Shown here in pieces: positions 62,691-64,000 of a DNA stretch of 64,000 nt; position 1 is the stretch's first letter; every line of letters begins with the position of its first letter. The notes below the pieces were generated by a model. It did no database searches. It saw nothing but the letters and a program-made list of their open reading frames with translations, and was not told the origin of the DNA. The translations under genes were made by a program, and so were the position numbers. Source of the stretch: Histomonas meleagridis 2922-C6/04-290x (taxonomy: Eukaryota > Protista > Parabasalia); contig JAANOX010000280.1 of assembly GCA_020184695.1 (NCBI GenBank), positions 496,001 to 560,000 of the forward strand, read 5' to 3'.

Positions 62691-64000
62691 ATGCATGAAG
62701 CAATCTTGAAAATTGAGCAAAGTAAAACAGAATCAGAAATATTGCATTCTCTCTACGAATTCCAGAGCACAGTTTCTCCATTTTTATATACCAAATTTCC
62801 TAAAGATATGCTTGTAAATCAATTTAATGAAATTTGGAATTGTTTCCTTAATCTTGTTTCAATGGAATCTACAAAAATACGTCTTGGTGTTTATTCTGCT
62901 ATTTCGGCATTTTTAGTTCGCATTTGTCCATATTTTCCAGATGAAGTCAAAAATTCATTTGAAACAACCACAGTTGCCGACACTCTTGATGGAGTTAGTT
63001 CAATTTTTAGAATATCTTCTTTTGCTTATATTTCCAAATTTATTAGTCCTGAGTATATCAATGATTTTCTAAGTTCAATACCAATTTTTCACCATTTCCT
63101 AACAGAGGAGGCACTAAATTCAGATTACATTTCTCAAATTCTAAATAATATGGAAAACATTGATCGATGGTGGATTGAAACACTTTTTTCTGCCATGCTT
63201 AACCAATACAAAAAGCATCCGAATAGGGCCACACTTAAAGCCATTTTATCAGTTGTACAAAAAGACCTTACATTAATAGATCTGATTTCAAATGTTGATG
63301 AATCCAACTTTTCTATTATTTCTTTTTTGACATCATCACTTGAAGGTCAATTAGGGAACATTGAACTCTATAAATTTGCATATTATGCACTTCAAATTTT
63401 AAAGAATTATGATGACAAAACTTTAGTAATTAACGTTGAAAATGCATTTCAAATTCTTTCGTTAAATGTTAATTCATTTTCACTTGAAATTACCCAAATT
63501 GATGAAACATATATCGAAATCACAATAACTAAAAAGCATATCAAAAAAGATAATGGAAATAATTATCTTACAAACGAAGAAATCCAAAGTGTTTTAAATA
63601 AATTTAATAAATCTAAGAAAAAGAAGGAACAAAATCAACAAAAAAATGAAACAATTCAAACAGAATCAACTCAAAATATTCCTGAAAAAGAAACTATAAA
63701 ACTTAATTATACAAATTTCTTAGATCGAACATCATTTTATAACTTGCCATTACCAATAGAACCATTTTTAATACCTCACAAAGAGAATTCGATATCAATT
63801 TTCACCTCTAAGATCATAAGCTTAGGAAAAAAGTTTAAAAATTCAAGTGTAATTTGTGACGTTGAAAAAATCATTGACATTTTAGATGAATATTGTCAAT
63901 ATGAATATAATTCTTATGTTTCTGCATGTTTAAATCTTTTGTCGATATGTATCAATACATTAATAATGAATTCGAAGTCTTGTCGACTTAAACCTATTTT
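62691..64000 (+). CDS. Hypothetical HEAT-like protein, 5' part (runs off the window)
   Basis: ATG 62691 opens MHEAILKIEQ...EIWNCFLNLVSMESTKIRLGVYSAISAFLVRICPYFP..., with no stop found to the window end; absent from the ORF track because it is unterminated. Confidence 0.8.
   Translation, partial: MHEAILKIEQSKTESEILHSLYEFQSTVSPFLYTKFPKDMLVNQFNEIWNCFLNLVSMESTKIRLGVYSAISAFLVRICPYFPDEVKNSFETTTVADTLDGVSSIFRISSFAYISKFISPEYINDFLSSIPIFHHFLTEEALNSDYISQILNNMENIDRWWIETLFSAMLNQYKKHPNRATLKAILSVVQKDLTLIDLISNVDESNFSIISFLTSSLEGQLGNIELYKFAYYALQILKNYDDKTLVINVENAFQILSLNVNSFSLEITQIDETYIEITITKKHIKKDNGNNYLTNEEIQSVLNKFNKSKKKKEQNQQKNETIQTESTQNIPEKETIKLNYTNFLDRTSFYNLPLPIEPFLIPHKENSISIFTSKIISLGKKFKNSSVICDVEKIIDILDEYCQYEYNSYVSACLNLLSICINTLIMNSKSCRLKPI

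Overview
AT-rich, gene-dense eukaryotic DNA from a parabasalid, most likely a Tritrichomonas-type genome. This is inferred from a hydrogenosomal succinyl-CoA synthetase alpha subunit with an ML..RN leader, TCACTT initiator elements, and BspA-like and DUF3447-type ankyrin families. Housekeeping genes: CAMK-type kinase, CLPTM1, profilin, serpin, HMG-box protein, TBC Rab-GAP, ABCB half-transporter, SAS-6-like protein, CH-domain actin binder, CDC50, WD40 protein, SCS-alpha, RNA Pol I/III AC40, ARM protein, Vps8 and an importin-beta-like protein. Accessory content: a BspA-like gene and its pseudogene, a beta-adaptin fragment, other relics, a defective 1.24-kb DD34E Tc1 element and a pure 633-bp (TAA)n tract. 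Two features stand out. (1) At two separate loci, ankyrin genes consist of 93-nt coding blocks separated by 76-78-nt (one 97-nt) AT-rich spacers. The spacers lie at the same point of every repeat, share a positionally fixed 3' motif and lack canonical trichomonad splice signals, so they are candidate non-canonical introns or an undescribed removal/bypass system. (2) A ~16-kb talin-like locus has five tandem FERM heads, a huge helical rod and an I/LWEQ-like tail, split by one +1 frame break. Family assignments come from recognised motifs; no database searches were run.
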